From: Candidatus Aminicenantes bacterium
GTDB lineage: Bacteria; Acidobacteriota; Aminicenantia; Aminicenantales; Saccharicenantaceae
NCBI GenBank assembly: GCA_041303965.1
Contig: JBFYOD010000079.1
Coordinates: forward strand, 10,224 to 74,223
DNA length: 64,000 nt
Direction of reading: 5' to 3'
In this document: positions 46,024 to 56,300 of the stretch, one piece after another
Layout: each line of letters starts with the position of its first letter
How positions within the stretch are numbered: position 1 is the stretch's first letter
Translations under genes and position numbers: made by a program
Notes under the pieces: generated by a model
Told to the model about the DNA's origin: nothing
Database searches by the model: none
Seen by the model: only the letters and a program-made list of their open reading frames with translations

Positions 46024-47465
46024 GGCGTTTTCCTTTCGACGAGCCGGCGGGCCCGTTCGAGCCCCCGGGCTTTGGTCTCGAAGCCGTTGTCGAGTTGGAG
46101 CTTATAGAGCTTCTTCAGGAGCTTGCCCATCTCCGGGCCGGGCGGGACGCCCAGCTTGAGCAGGTCCCGGCCCATGACCAGGGGCTTGATCGTCTCCCGG
46201 TTGACGCGGAGGTCGTCGAACTTCTTGAAAAGCCAGCGCGCCTGCCGGTCGAGCCCCCGGACGAGGCGCGTTCCCCGTCCAGCTCGGTCGGCGGCGTCGA
46301 GATAGACGAGGAGCTCGATCTCCCCGTCGACGTCGGCCGCGAGGCGGTTAAAGGCTTTTTTCGTAACATCCTCCCGGTTCTGCCAGAGCTCGCCGGCCCG
46401 GTGGTGCGTCCGGATGAGGAGAGGGACCATGCGGCCGATGGCGAACCCGTTCCAGGTCTGGACCTTGAAGCGGGCCAGGACGCGCCGGGCCACCCGCTCG
46501 CTTTGGATATCATGTCCACAGGAGGTCACGGCCATCCGGCCCCGCTTGTATTCCCAGCGCGTCGTCGTGCTCTTGCCCAGGTCATGGTAGAGCGCGGCGA
46601 GCATGAGGGCCAGCTTCTTCGGGGCCGGAAGGCCGGCCAGACCGGCCAGGGCGGCCGCCTGGTCGACGGAGAGCTTGGTGTGGGCCCAGACCGTGTGGTG
46701 GCCGAAGGCGTCCTTCTCCGGGTGGAAAACAGAATCCTGGATGACCAGGGCCAGGGCTTGAAGTTCGGGGAACCACTGGTCGAGGACGCCGAGCCGGAAC
46801 ATCTCCTCGAGCCCGACCGACGGCCGCGGCGATCCGAGGAGGATTTTGAACATCTCGTCGTTGACCCGCTCGACGCTGAGGCCGGAGAGGTCGACGGCCC
46901 GCGCGGCGGGGTAGATCGCCGGGTCGACCTTGAAGCCAAGGACGGAGGCGAAGCGGGCGACGCGGACTACGCGCAGGGGATCCTCGGGAAAGGCGGCCGG
47001 GTTGGTCAGGCGGATCTTTCCGGCCAGGGTGTCGGCGCGTCCTTCGAACGGGTCGATGAGCGTCCCGTCCTTGAGCCGGAGGGCCATGCTGTTCGTTCGG
47101 AAATCGCGTCTCTCCAGGTCCTTTTCGATGGGCAGGCCGGGGTCGGCGGAAACGAGGATGTCCTTGTGGCCCCGGACGCCCTCGCCTTTGGCCCGGTCGG
47201 TCCGCGGCAGGGCGACGTCGTAGGTCTTCCCGCGGGCGGTGAACTTGACGATCCCGAAGCTCTTCCCGACGAGGTCGACGCGGCCGTGCTTTTCGAGCTT
47301 GCGGACGATCGCCCCGAGCTCGTGCCGGGCGACGAGGATGTCGACGTCGGGGGACGGGTGGCGGCGGATGAGGTCGCGGACGAAGCCCCCGACGGCATAG
47401 ACGTCGCCGCCGAAGAGGCGGACGAGAAGGGCCCGGTCGGCGAAGTCGAAGGCGAGCTTCCTCAT
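46020..47465 (-). CDS. cca: CCA-adding tRNA nucleotidyltransferase / poly(A) polymerase family protein with HD domain
   Basis: GGFVRDLI..DVDI nucleotidyltransferase motif, HDLGK HD motif. Start moved to ATG 47465 (MRKLAFDF) because the longer ORF overlaps the upstream gene by 70 nt. Confidence 0.8.
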   Translation of the reverse strand: MRKLAFDFADRALLVRLFGGDVYAVGGFVRDLIRRHPSPDVDILVARHELGAIVRKLEKHGRVDLVGKSFGIVKFTARGKTYDVALPRTDRAKGEGVRGHKDILVSADPGLPIEKDLERRDFRTNSMALRLKDGTLIDPFEGRADTLAGKIRLTNPAAFPEDPLRVVRVARFASVLGFKVDPAIYPAARAVDLSGLSVERVNDEMFKILLGSPRPSVGLEEMFRLGVLDQWFPELQALALVIQDSVFHPEKDAFGHHTVWAHTKLSVDQAAALAGLAGLPAPKKLALMLAALYHDLGKSTTTRWEYKRGRMAVTSCGHDIQSERVARRVLARFKVQTWNGFAIGRMVPLLIRTHHRAGELWQNREDVTKKAFNRLAADVDGEIELLVYLDAADRAGRGTRLVRGLDRQARWLFKKFDDLRVNRETIKPLVMGRDLLKLGVPPGPEMGKLLKKLYKLQLDNGFETKARGLERARRLVERKTP

Positions 47466-47521
47466 GAGGTCTCTTATTCTAACAGGTTTCGCCTTTCCCG
47501 GAAAACCGGGGCCCGGCCGGG

Positions 47522-48748
47522 TCACCGGATGGCGGCGAACTTGTCGAGGACCTCCTTGACGGCGTCCTTGTGGGCCAGGAACATCAGACACTTCAGCCGA
47601 GTGTAATCGTCATGGTAGAAAAAGTAGCCCTTGGCCTTCCCCCAATAGGCGTTCTCCCAAGAATCCTTGATCAGGAACCAGTTGCCCTTGGCGGACTCCA
47701 GGTAGCCGACACAGTGGACCGAGTGGTCGTCGGTGGAGCTGCCGTTCGTGAACCGGTACTCCCGGCTGGACTGGTCGATATAGCTCGAGGGGATGTCGAA
47801 GGTGGGGACCACGGCGACATCGTTCGCGCCGCTGTAGCCGGGCTCGGAAAAATCGACGGCCAGAGCGGCCGTGTACCCCCGGCGAAGGGCCCGCAGGAGA
47901 GCCGTGGAGAACTCGTAGAGGGGCAGGTTATGGAACTCCCGGCTGTGCCACCAATTATCGGGGACCCGGAACTCACCCTTGGTGTAGAAAGGGAGGTACA
48001 TGAAGCTGACGAAGGCCACATAATCGCCCGGATCGAGTCCCAGGCTCTTGAGGTATTCCAGGGGAGTGAGCGACCGTCCGTCGACGGAGATCCTGTCGGG
48101 GGGCCGGCCCAGGTGCTTGTCGAGGATGGCCCGGACCCCGGCCAGCCCCCCGGCTACGTCCCATTCCTTCCTGGCGGCGAGGCCGGAGAGGTAGTCCCGG
48201 AACTCGCGGAAGAGGGGACCGTGGTCATGGGTCGTCTTCCCATCGAGAAGCCCGGAGAAATCGGAGGCCCGGACGAGGCCGTACTGCCTGATCCGCTCCA
48301 TGGCCGAGTTGGGCTCGGAGCCCTGGCCGAGGAAAGAATCGCCGTTTTCGCGGATGAACCTTCGGGCCTTCTCGACGTACTCCCAATAGACGGTGAACAT
48401 TTCGGAGAGCTTGACTTCCGCCCGACCTAGCCGCCTGAGCTCGGATTCGAGAAGGGAGGTCGCGGCGAACGACCAGCACGTCCCCGTGTTGTCCTGGCGC
48501 ACAGGCGGAAAATGGAAGTACTTGGCGAACTCGGCGGGATCGGCCGGTTTATCGAAGCCCGCGAGGTCGACCGACAGGACCGTTTGGGTCTTCCCTTCGG
48601 AAGTTTCCTGGGCGTAGAGGGCCTGGTCGTGCTTGATCGATCCGGCGGCCGGGCCGCTTCCGGCCGGCTGCCGAGGGCTGCACGAAATCGCCAGGCCCGC
48701 CGCGGCCAGGAGGACGAGGATGAGGCCGACCGATGAGCGCTTGTTCAT
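47522..48748 (-). CDS. C1-family cysteine aminopeptidase (PepC/bleomycin hydrolase-like) lipoprotein
   Basis: Lipobox LAISCS, catalytic Cys context QDNTGTCWSFAATS, HSVHCVGY His motif. Confidence 0.82.
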   Translation of the reverse strand: MNKRSSVGLILVLLAAAGLAISCSPRQPAGSGPAAGSIKHDQALYAQETSEGKTQTVLSVDLAGFDKPADPAEFAKYFHFPPVRQDNTGTCWSFAATSLLESELRRLGRAEVKLSEMFTVYWEYVEKARRFIRENGDSFLGQGSEPNSAMERIRQYGLVRASDFSGLLDGKTTHDHGPLFREFRDYLSGLAARKEWDVAGGLAGVRAILDKHLGRPPDRISVDGRSLTPLEYLKSLGLDPGDYVAFVSFMYLPFYTKGEFRVPDNWWHSREFHNLPLYEFSTALLRALRRGYTAALAVDFSEPGYSGANDVAVVPTFDIPSSYIDQSSREYRFTNGSSTDDHSVHCVGYLESAKGNWFLIKDSWENAYWGKAKGYFFYHDDYTRLKCLMFLAHKDAVKEVLDKFAAIR

Positions 48749-48787
48749 GGATATCCCTCCTTCCCCGGAATTCCGTTCGGTCCGTCC

Positions 48788-48816
48788 ATTATAAGAAACA
48801 GGGACGATAACTGCAA
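48788..48816 (-). promoter_or_regulatory. sigma-70 promoter of the pepC-like operon (TTGCAG-17-TATAAT on minus strand)
   Basis: Reverse complement read directly: -35 at 48816-48811, -10 at 48793-48788. Strong SD GGAAGGAGGG before ATG 48748. Confidence 0.55.
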
Positions 48817-48973
48817 CGCCAGGTTGATTGGCTCCCTAGTCCCGGCTCGGTCGCATGACGCCACCCTTTATGGCTCTGACGGGGACCGGCGGGGAGCAGA
48901 TTCGCTTCGGCTATTCAAAGCCCGGGTGGCGTGATCCCAAGTCCAACAAAGCGCTGTGTTTTGGAAGACTTAC

Positions 48974-49002
48974 TTGTCACTTGCCGGGGTTTTAGGTATT
49001 CT
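48974..49002 (+). promoter_or_regulatory. candidate sigma-70 promoter (TTGTCA-17-TATTCT) of the LEA_2 gene
   Basis: Read directly; -10 ends 11 nt before ATG 49014. Confidence 0.45.
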
Positions 49003-49013
49003 GGTAGGAAGAC

Positions 49014-49883
49014 ATGAGAAAGCAGACGAGGATCATCCGGCGGATGCTCGGAATCGCCTGTCTGGCGCTTTTCTCGGGGGCGCTCCTGGTACGGGCGGGC
49101 GGCGGGCCGGCCGCCAAGGACGACGTCGTCTTGGTCCTAAAGGACAAGGTCATCCGGAACCTCAGCTCCTCGGGGCTGACCCTGGCCTTCCACATCGGCC
49201 TGACGAACCCGTCATCGGCTCCGCGCGAGCTCGTCCGCTACCGTTACAGGGTGACCATCAACCAGAGGGAATTCCTCAATATGACGGTACCTCTCGACGA
49301 GCCCCTGCCGGTCCCGCCGAACGGGGAAACGCTCATCGCCCTTCCGGTCAAGATCTCCTATGACCTGCTCCGCGCCGCCGTCGGGCCGATCGAAGGCAAG
49401 GCCCTCTGCGACATCGTCGGGGACATGTTCTTCCAGAACGACCGAAGAAAAGAGCAGAGGGCCCCGTTCGCCTTCAGCGGCGAATTCCCCATCTTCCGGG
49501 ACCCCGAGATCGAGATCCTTCCCCTCAAGGTCAACGACCTGACCGTGGGCGGAGCCGACGTCGTCTTCCGTCCCACGTTCAGGAACCCCAACGGCTACGA
49601 GCTCCTCGTCGACAAGATCAGCTTCGCCCTTTTCTTCGGCGGCCGGGAAGTCCTCTCCGGGCCGATCCCGGGGGACAAGAACCTCCCGCGGGTAGGGGAG
49701 AAGACGTTCTCCCTGCCCTTCATCCTCGATTTCTTCGAGATCGGGGAGAAGATGCGGGAGGATTTCCAAAAAGCCGAGGTCGCCTGCCGTTTCACCGGCG
49801 AGATCGAGGTCATGTCGGTCTGGGGCCGGTTGCTCATCCGTTTCGACAAGGCCCAGGGCCTGCGCTTCGATAAGGTCTCTTAA
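49014..49883 (+). CDS. LEA type 2 / WHy-domain protein (two repeats), secreted
   Basis: Signal peptide. Two similar about 120-aa modules (LTLAFHIGLTNPSS.. and VVFRPTFRNPNGYE..) typical of LEA14-like proteins. Confidence 0.65.
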   Translation: MRKQTRIIRRMLGIACLALFSGALLVRAGGGPAAKDDVVLVLKDKVIRNLSSSGLTLAFHIGLTNPSSAPRELVRYRYRVTINQREFLNMTVPLDEPLPVPPNGETLIALPVKISYDLLRAAVGPIEGKALCDIVGDMFFQNDRRKEQRAPFAFSGEFPIFRDPEIEILPLKVNDLTVGGADVVFRPTFRNPNGYELLVDKISFALFFGGREVLSGPIPGDKNLPRVGEKTFSLPFILDFFEIGEKMREDFQKAEVACRFTGEIEVMSVWGRLLIRFDKAQGLRFDKVS

Positions 49884-49891
49884 AACGGGGT

Positions 49892-49920
49892 AAAAAAAGG
49901 GCCGTCCGAGCGGACGGCCC
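49892..49920 (-). terminator. rho-independent terminator (minus strand) between convergent genes
   Basis: Perfect 9-bp stem GGGCCGTCC/GGACGGCCC with 4-nt loop (49899-49920). A7 on the plus strand equals U7 after the hairpin on the minus strand. Confidence 0.8.
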
Positions 49921-49941
49921 GAACTCATCGGATGAAGAGTC

Positions 49942-50778
49942 TCAGAACCAGTAATTGAACCCGACCGTCAGCGCCAGGCCGCCGAGGTCGAAGTCGTCGA
50001 ATCCCTGGAACCAATCATTGAATTTGGCCCTGGCCGAGTGATAGCGGACCTCGGCGTCGAGGGTCGCGCGGAAGCCGATGGGGATCTGGAACCCGGCGAA
50101 AGCGTGCCAACCGAAGGCGGTCCCTTTTTCCCTGCCGTTCACGGATTCCACGGGGTAAATCAACTCGTCACGTAAATTGGGGTCCGCGGGGTTGCTATAG
50201 GCTGTATCCGTTTCAAAATCGTAGTACCAATCGACGGGATCGCCAAACTGGTCGGTGGGAGAATAGTTGACCATTTGTCCGTAAATCCGGACGCTATAGA
50301 GATAGAGCCCGCCGCCGCCGCCGAAGAAGGGGATGAGCCGCGTTTTCCGGCCCAAAGGGGTTATCTTGAAGGAAAGCTGGAGGGGCGTGCTCGAAATGCG
50401 GAAGGCGTGCTGGATGTCGTCACCGTCGTAAAATTCATAGGGGAAGGCGAAATCGCCCTCGTCCAACGCGAATTGGACATAATCGATATAATAGCCCGGC
50501 GTCTGCTTGCTGTAGGAATCGACGCTGAAGGCCAGGCTGATGTTTTTGCTGACGAAATATTCGTAGCCGACTCCGAAAGTGGTCCCCCGGAATTTGTTCT
50601 TCGAGAAGCTCATCTGGCTTAGTTCGATGGCCCAGAGGCTGTCGGGATGGGACGCGAGATAGGTATCGGATAGGGCGTGCGGCATAAAGTACCCTATCCG
50701 AAGGGAGAACGAATCGGAAAAAGCGAGCGAAGGCACGAGAAGAATCAATCCAAGGGCGAGGCCGGTCAGTTTTTTCAT
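49942..50778 (-). CDS. small outer-membrane beta-barrel protein
   Basis: Signal peptide MKKLTGLALGLILLVPSLAFS, alternating amphipathic strands, C-terminal ...VGFNYWF. Confidence 0.7.
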   Translation of the reverse strand: MKKLTGLALGLILLVPSLAFSDSFSLRIGYFMPHALSDTYLASHPDSLWAIELSQMSFSKNKFRGTTFGVGYEYFVSKNISLAFSVDSYSKQTPGYYIDYVQFALDEGDFAFPYEFYDGDDIQHAFRISSTPLQLSFKITPLGRKTRLIPFFGGGGGLYLYSVRIYGQMVNYSPTDQFGDPVDWYYDFETDTAYSNPADPNLRDELIYPVESVNGREKGTAFGWHAFAGFQIPIGFRATLDAEVRYHSARAKFNDWFQGFDDFDLGGLALTVGFNYWF

Positions 50779-50929
50779 TTCATTCCTCCTAACGACCCCT
50801 TATTATAGCAAAAAATATGCCAAGCCGGCCGGATCGCTTTTCAGGGAGGGGCCGACGCTCGGCTGTGGCCAAAACAGGTCAGGTGTCCTCCCAGCCGGGC
50901 CCGCGACGTCAGGCCGGGAGGTCCCGGGT

Positions 50930-50958
50930 TTGACTTTTGAACAGGTGCGGGCTAACAT
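50930..50958 (+). promoter_or_regulatory. candidate sigma-70 promoter (TTGACT-17-TAACAT) of tsaC
   Basis: Read directly, about 20 nt upstream of ATG 50979. Confidence 0.4.
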
Positions 50959-50978
50959 CACGAGCGGGGATTCCAGGA

Positions 50979-51620
50979 ATGACTATAACCCGCATTTTGG
51001 GGATAGACCCGTCGGGGGAGAGCCCCGAACTCATCCGGGAGGTCGCCGCGGCGCTCCTCGAGGACGCTGTCGCCGCCTACCCGACTGAGACCTTCTATGG
51101 CCTCGGCGCCGCGGCTTTTTCGAAGAGGGCCGTGGAGAAGATATTCCGGTTGAAGAAACGGGAACCCGGGAAGCCGTTGCCGGTCGTGGCCTCGGACCTG
51201 GACATGGTCAAGGCCATCTCCGCCTCCCTCCCTCCGTCCTTCCGGCCGCTGGCCGAGGAGTTCTGGCCCGGCCCCCTGACTCTCGTTCTCCCGGCCGCGG
51301 CAGGGCTTCCGGAGTTCCTGCTCGGCCCCGGCCGGACGATCGCCGTCCGGATCCCGCCGCTCTCCTGGCTGCGGGGGCTCATCCGGGAGATCAGCCAGCC
51401 TTTGACTGCCACGAGCGCCAACCTGTCGGGCGAAAAAGAGCTGGCCGATCCGGCCGAAGTGATCGCCCTCTTTCGCGGCCGGGTCGATATCATCGTCGAT
51501 GGCGGTCGAGCGCCGGGCGGCGCCCCTTCGACGATCTTGGATCTGACCTCGCCCGAACCCCGGATCCTCAGGGTAGGGGCTATCCCCGAAACCAGTATCC
51601 GGGCGGTGCTCCGATCCTGA
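50979..51620 (+). CDS. tsaC: L-threonylcarbamoyladenylate synthase, YrdC/TsaC type
   Basis: YPTETFYGLG, KKREPGKPLPV, TSANLSG motifs. ATG 50979 chosen because the TTG start at 50937 lies in the promoter. Confidence 0.85.
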   Translation: MTITRILGIDPSGESPELIREVAAALLEDAVAAYPTETFYGLGAAAFSKRAVEKIFRLKKREPGKPLPVVASDLDMVKAISASLPPSFRPLAEEFWPGPLTLVLPAAAGLPEFLLGPGRTIAVRIPPLSWLRGLIREISQPLTATSANLSGEKELADPAEVIALFRGRVDIIVDGGRAPGGAPSTILDLTSPEPRILRVGAIPETSIRAVLRS

Positions 51621-51646
51621 GGCCGTGACCGATGCCGGCGGCGGCC

Positions 51647-53611
51647 TTACTTCACGATCGCGCCCGCAGCGATATCCCGGTCGAAGAAGGGGATGACGGC
51701 TTTGTTATCCGGGGTGATGGCTGCGAGGAGCATGGCCTGGGATTCGATGCCGCGGATGACGGCGGGCTTGAGGTTGACGATGACGATGAGCTTCTTGCCG
51801 ACGAGTTCCTCGGGCGCATAGGTTTCGGCGATCCCGGCCACCATCTGCCGCTTCTCCGTCCCGATGTCGATCTGGAGCTTGAGGATCTTCGTCGCTCCGG
51901 GGACGGATTCGGCCGCCAGGACATGAGCGACCCGGAGGTCCATTCTCTTGAATTCGTCGTAAGTGATGATGTCCATCGCTTCTTTTCCCTCCTTCGTCGG
52001 TTCCGGCCGGGGGGCCGGCGGGGGGAGAGGTGTCCCTGCATCCTCTCCGAGAAAATCCTTCAAGGCGACCCTCGGGAAGAGCGCCTGTGGCATTCCGACC
52101 TTCCGGCCGGGGCCGAAGGCGTCGAACTCGATCCCGTCGTAGGGGACCTCCGAGGGTTTCTTCCCTTCGCCGAGGAAGCCCCAGATCTTTTCCGCCGATC
52201 CGGGCATGACAGGGAAGACGAGATAGCTCACGCCGCGGATGGCCGCCGCGGCCTGGAGCAGCACTCGGGCCAGCCTCGGCCTCAGGGCCGGGTCCTTGGC
52301 CATGATCCAGGGTTCGTTACCCGCGAGGTATTTGTTGACCAGGCCGATGTAGGCCCAGATCTCTTCGAGGGCCTTGTTAAGGGCGCAGGCGTCGTAGTGC
52401 TCGAAAACCCGGTCCTTGAGGTCCTCGAAATCGGTCCGGATCTTCAGGTCCGCGGCCGTCTCCTCTCCTGGGTCGATGATCCCGTCATCGAAATAGTTGC
52501 GGATCATGGTCAGCGTCCGCTGGACGAGGTTGCCGAGATCGTTGGCCAGGTCGGAGTTGACCCGGTGGAGGAAGGCCTCGTGGGAGAAGTTGCCGTCTTG
52601 CCCGATGGGGATCTCCCGGAGCAGGAAATAGCGCAGGGGGTCGGGACCGAAGACCTTCAGGATGGTCTGGGGGTCGAGGACGTTGCCTCGCGATTTGGAC
52701 ATCTTGGTGTCGTCCTTGAGCCACCAGCCGTGGCCGTAGACCGTCCGCGGCAGCGGGAGACCCGCGGCCATGAGGAAAGCGGGCCAATAGACGGCGTGGA
52801 ACCTGAGGATGTCCTTGCCGACGAGATGGATATCGGCCGGCCAGAACTTCTTGAAGAGCTCCGGGTTCCAGTCGTAGCCGATGCCCGTGACGTAGTTGTG
52901 GAGGGCGTCGAACCAGACGTAGATCGTGTGCTTGGGATCGCCCGGCACGGGGACGCCCCACTTGACCGTCGTCCGGGTGATGCTCAGGTCCTTGAGCCCG
53001 CCGCGGACGAAGCTCGTGATCTCGTTGAGGCGGCTCTGGGGCCGGACGAATTCGGGGTGCTCGGCGTATAGCGCGAGGAGCTTGTCCTGGTAGGCCGAAA
53101 GACGGAAGAAATAGGTTTCTTCGGAGACGACGGAGGCCTTTTTGCCGCAGTCCGGGCATGTCTTGCACCCTTCCGGCTCGAGCGCCACGTCGTCGGGCAG
53201 GAAATTCTCGTCGGAGACGCAGTACCAGCCCTTGTATTCGCCTTTATAGATGTCACCTTTGTCGACGAGCATCTGAAAGAGCTTCTGGACGCCCTTCTCG
53301 TGGAAGTCCATGGTCGTCCGGATGAAGAAGTCGTGCGAGATGTCGAGAGCCCGCCATAGGTCCTGGGCCCGTCCGACGACCGAGTCGGCCAGGGCCTTGG
53401 GGGTCAAGCCCCGCTCGGCCGCCGCTTTCTCGATCTTCTGGCCGTGTTCGTCGGTCCCGGTCAAGAAGAAGACGTCCTTCCCGGCCAGTTTCTGGAATCG
53501 GGCCAGGGCGTCGGCGATGATCGTCGTGTAGGCGTGCCCGATGTGGGGCACGTCGTTGACGTAGTAGATCGGCGTCGTTATGTAAAACGTTCTCTTAGAA
53601 TTCTCTTCCAC
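51647..53611 (-). CDS. metG: methionine--tRNA ligase with C-terminal tRNA-binding (Trbp111-like) domain
   Basis: 654 aa, HIGH-type motif PHIGHAY, KMSKS, zinc knuckle [10 protein letters not shown]. Confidence 0.95.
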   Translation of the reverse strand: MEENSKRTFYITTPIYYVNDVPHIGHAYTTIIADALARFQKLAGKDVFFLTGTDEHGQKIEKAAAERGLTPKALADSVVGRAQDLWRALDISHDFFIRTTMDFHEKGVQKLFQMLVDKGDIYKGEYKGWYCVSDENFLPDDVALEPEGCKTCPDCGKKASVVSEETYFFRLSAYQDKLLALYAEHPEFVRPQSRLNEITSFVRGGLKDLSITRTTVKWGVPVPGDPKHTIYVWFDALHNYVTGIGYDWNPELFKKFWPADIHLVGKDILRFHAVYWPAFLMAAGLPLPRTVYGHGWWLKDDTKMSKSRGNVLDPQTILKVFGPDPLRYFLLREIPIGQDGNFSHEAFLHRVNSDLANDLGNLVQRTLTMIRNYFDDGIIDPGEETAADLKIRTDFEDLKDRVFEHYDACALNKALEEIWAYIGLVNKYLAGNEPWIMAKDPALRPRLARVLLQAAAAIRGVSYLVFPVMPGSAEKIWGFLGEGKKPSEVPYDGIEFDAFGPGRKVGMPQALFPRVALKDFLGEDAGTPLPPPAPRPEPTKEGKEAMDIITYDEFKRMDLRVAHVLAAESVPGATKILKLQIDIGTEKRQMVAGIAETYAPEELVGKKLIVIVNLKPAVIRGIESQAMLLAAITPDNKAVIPFFDRDIAAGAIVK

Positions 53612-54176
53612 TGATCGGTCCTCCTCGGATGAGCATCATGGCTTCGGCCCGCGTGGCCGGGTTCTTCCGGAACGAGCCGCGGACGGCCGAAGTGACGGTG
53701 ATGGACTTGGGCTTTTTCGCCCCGCGCATGGACATGCACATGTGCTCGGCCTCGATGACGACCATGACGCCCAGGGGCTTGAGGTGCTCGTCGAGCAGGT
53801 CGGCGATCTGTTTCGTCAACCTCTCCTGGACCTGAAGCCGCCTGGACAGGGCCTCCACCACCCGGGCGATCTTGCTCAGGCCGACGATCCGCCCGGATTT
53901 CGGTATATAGGCCACGTGGGCCACTCCCGCGAAGGGGAGAAGATGGTGCTCGCACATCGAGTAGAGGGGGATGTTCCTGATGAGGACCATTTCGTCGTGC
54001 TTTTCGTCCTCGATGACGCGGAGGTTCCGCGTCGCTTCGCGCTCCGTGCCGCCGAGGATGTCGGTGAGCATCCTGGCCACCCGGCGGGGCGTCGCCCGGA
54101 TGCCCGGACGGCGGGGGTCCTCGCCCACGCCTTCGAGGACAAGCTTCACGCCCTTTTCGATCTTCTTGATGTCCAT
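53595..54176 (-). CDS. folE: GTP cyclohydrolase I (FolE type)
   Basis: 193 aa, [19 protein letters not shown] motif. Its 3' end overlaps the metG start by 17 nt. Confidence 0.93.
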   Translation of the reverse strand: MDIKKIEKGVKLVLEGVGEDPRRPGIRATPRRVARMLTDILGGTEREATRNLRVIEDEKHDEMVLIRNIPLYSMCEHHLLPFAGVAHVAYIPKSGRIVGLSKIARVVEALSRRLQVQERLTKQIADLLDEHLKPLGVMVVIEAEHMCMSMRGAKKPKSITVTSAVRGSFRKNPATRAEAMMLIRGGPISGREF

Positions 54177-54208
54177 GATGGTTCCTCCGCCCCCGCGCCG
54201 TCCCGCCG

Positions 54209-55378
54209 TCAGCGCTTCTTGACGAACTCGCTGACGGCCAGGTGGGCGATCTCCTTGAGCGGCCGCTTCGTCTTCCGGGCGACCTTCAGAAGGTCCTCGT
54301 ATTCCGGCTGGACGTTGACCGGCCGGCCGCCGAGCGCGGCGACCTTGATGCCGACGTTCTCCCCGCCGACCCGGACGTTCCGGAATTCCCGTTCGAGGAC
54401 GCGCCGGCCGACGGGGTAGTAGCGGACGCCGATCGACGTCGTTTCCCTGAAGACGGCCTCGATGAGAGCGTCCATCTTATCGGCGCCGGCGAGCAGGGTC
54501 AGCTTCGTGCCCAGGCGGTTCTTCTTCATGACCACGGGGGATAGGGTGGCGTCCAGGGCCCCCTCTTCGAAAGCCCTCTCCAGGAAGTGGGCCAGAAGCT
54601 GAGGCGAAGCGTCGTCCAGCGTCGCCTCGACGATGTAGACTTGTTTGGCCTCGTCGAAACTCCGGGCTTCGCCGTAATAAATCCTCAGGACATTCGGGAT
54701 CTCGGGGAACTCCTTCGTCCCCGCGCCACAGCCGATCCTCTTGTAGACGAGTTCTGGGAGCTTGGTGAACCGCTTGGCCAGGGTCGAAACTATGGCTGCC
54801 CCGGTCGGCGTAACGAGCTCGGACTCGACCCAGGCCGAGTAGATTGGCGCGCTTTTCAGGAGCTCGGCCACGGCCGGGGGGGGTACGGAAAGGACGCCGT
54901 GAGATGTCTTGACCCACCCGGAACCAACGTTGAGGGGCGAAGAATAAACGTCCTCGATGCCAAGTTCGTCGAGAAGGAACGCGGCTCCGACGACATCGAC
55001 AAGGGCGTCGTCGGCCCCGGCCTCGTGGAGATGGGCCTCCTTGAACCTGCGGCCGTGGACCTTGGCCTCGGCCTCGAAGAGCCGCTTGAAGATGGCGATG
55101 GCCCGGTCCTTGACGGAAGGGGAGAATCGGGCTCGGCGGATGATGCGCTCGACATCGGCGAAGGTCCTCTCGATGTGATCGTGGCCCTTGACCTCGACGT
55201 CGACCTTGACCGCGCCGAAACCGCCGCGGCGGACGCGCCGGACGGCTATCTCCACCGGCAGACGAAGTCCGGCCATCTTCTCCTTGAAGAGAGAGGCGTC
55301 GACACCCAGGTCGAGAAGAGCGCCGAGGATCATGTCGCCGCTCAATCCCGAAGAGCCGTCAAGATAGACGTAATTCAT
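54209..55378 (-). CDS. larC: LarC-family nickel insertion protein (DUF111)
   Basis: ATG 55378 (ATGA overlap with cobB): [47 protein letters not shown] motifs. Confidence 0.85.
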   Translation of the reverse strand: MNYVYLDGSSGLSGDMILGALLDLGVDASLFKEKMAGLRLPVEIAVRRVRRGGFGAVKVDVEVKGHDHIERTFADVERIIRRARFSPSVKDRAIAIFKRLFEAEAKVHGRRFKEAHLHEAGADDALVDVVGAAFLLDELGIEDVYSSPLNVGSGWVKTSHGVLSVPPPAVAELLKSAPIYSAWVESELVTPTGAAIVSTLAKRFTKLPELVYKRIGCGAGTKEFPEIPNVLRIYYGEARSFDEAKQVYIVEATLDDASPQLLAHFLERAFEEGALDATLSPVVMKKNRLGTKLTLLAGADKMDALIEAVFRETTSIGVRYYPVGRRVLEREFRNVRVGGENVGIKVAALGGRPVNVQPEYEDLLKVARKTKRPLKEIAHLAVSEFVKKR

Positions 55379-56127
55379 GGACTCATCCTTTCCCTCAGCT
55401 GCCTGTCCAGAACGGAAAGGATCTCTCCGGCCGTACCCTGGAAAAAGAAGTCGGCCTGCGCTGAGAGCGGCGTCGGTTCGAGGTTGACTTCGACGATCTT
55501 GGCACCTGCCCTGGCCGCCGCCAAAGGCAGCGAGGCGGCGGGATAAACGATGGCAGACGTCCCGATGACGAACATGACCTGACAAGCCTCGCTCAAACCG
55601 TAGGCCCGGTCGAGGACGGCGGGGTCAAGCGATTCCCCGAACCAGACGATGTGGGGCCGGAAGAGAGAGCCGCAGGCCGGGCAGATGGGAGGGATGCGCG
55701 GCAGGGGAGTCGTCCGGACCTCTTCGACCGTTCCTTCCCGGGTGCACCGCAGTTTCCAGATATTGCCGTGGAGCTCGACGACGTCGCTCGAGCCGGCCTT
55801 GGCATGGAGGCCGTCGACGTTCTGGGTGATGACGGCCATCTCTCCGAATAGGCTTTCCCAGCCGGCGATGATCCGGTGCCCGGCGTTCGGCTCGACGGGT
55901 GCGATGAGGCCGCGCCGCCAGTCATACCACTCCCAGACGAGTTTCGGATCGCGCTCGAAGGCCTCGGGCGTGGCTAAGGTTTCGGCCCTGTACTGCTTCC
56001 ATAATCCGTCCGCGCCCCGAAAGGTGGGAACGCCGGACTCGGCGGAGATCCCCGCGCCCGTGAGCACGGCGACGCGGCCGGCCCCGGCCAGGATTTCCAC
56101 GACCTCTGCGATCCGATGTTCGTTCAT
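55375..56127 (-). CDS. cobB: NAD-dependent protein deacylase, Sir2 family
   Basis: GAGISAESGVPTFRG, QNVDGLH, and Zn Cys pairs C..C / CPACG. Confidence 0.92.
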   Translation of the reverse strand: MNEHRIAEVVEILAGAGRVAVLTGAGISAESGVPTFRGADGLWKQYRAETLATPEAFERDPKLVWEWYDWRRGLIAPVEPNAGHRIIAGWESLFGEMAVITQNVDGLHAKAGSSDVVELHGNIWKLRCTREGTVEEVRTTPLPRIPPICPACGSLFRPHIVWFGESLDPAVLDRAYGLSEACQVMFVIGTSAIVYPAASLPLAAARAGAKIVEVNLEPTPLSAQADFFFQGTAGEILSVLDRQLRERMSP

Positions 56128-56254
56128 AGATGTCCGTTCTGCCCCTTAGAATATCGTTTTCCCCGGCAAAAAGCAAAAGCCTGGGAGGCCCCATTGACTG
56201 CATGACCCGTTCGTATAGGCCAAGGCTCGGCATTCATGCCGGGGAGTCAAGGGG

Positions 56255-56284
56255 TTGACGCGGCCTCGCCGAAAAAGGTATATC
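56255..56284 (+). promoter_or_regulatory. candidate sigma-70 promoter (TTGACG-18-TATATC) of mtnP
   Basis: Read directly. The predicted transcript would start at about the GAGGAGG SD. Confidence 0.4.
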
Positions 56285-56300
56285 AGTCCGAGGAGGATCC

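Noticed and set aside
48830-48945. Possible guanidine-I (ykkC-type) riboswitch, suggested by CUAG..CCGG, ACGGGGA and AAAGCCCGGG strings
   Set aside because: The highly conserved GGGUUCCG and GGUCCGAGAG blocks are not matched. The segment lies upstream of both predicted promoters rather than in a 5' UTR. The flanking genes (a C1 peptidase and a LEA_2 protein) are not guanidine-related. It needs an Infernal scan to be certain.
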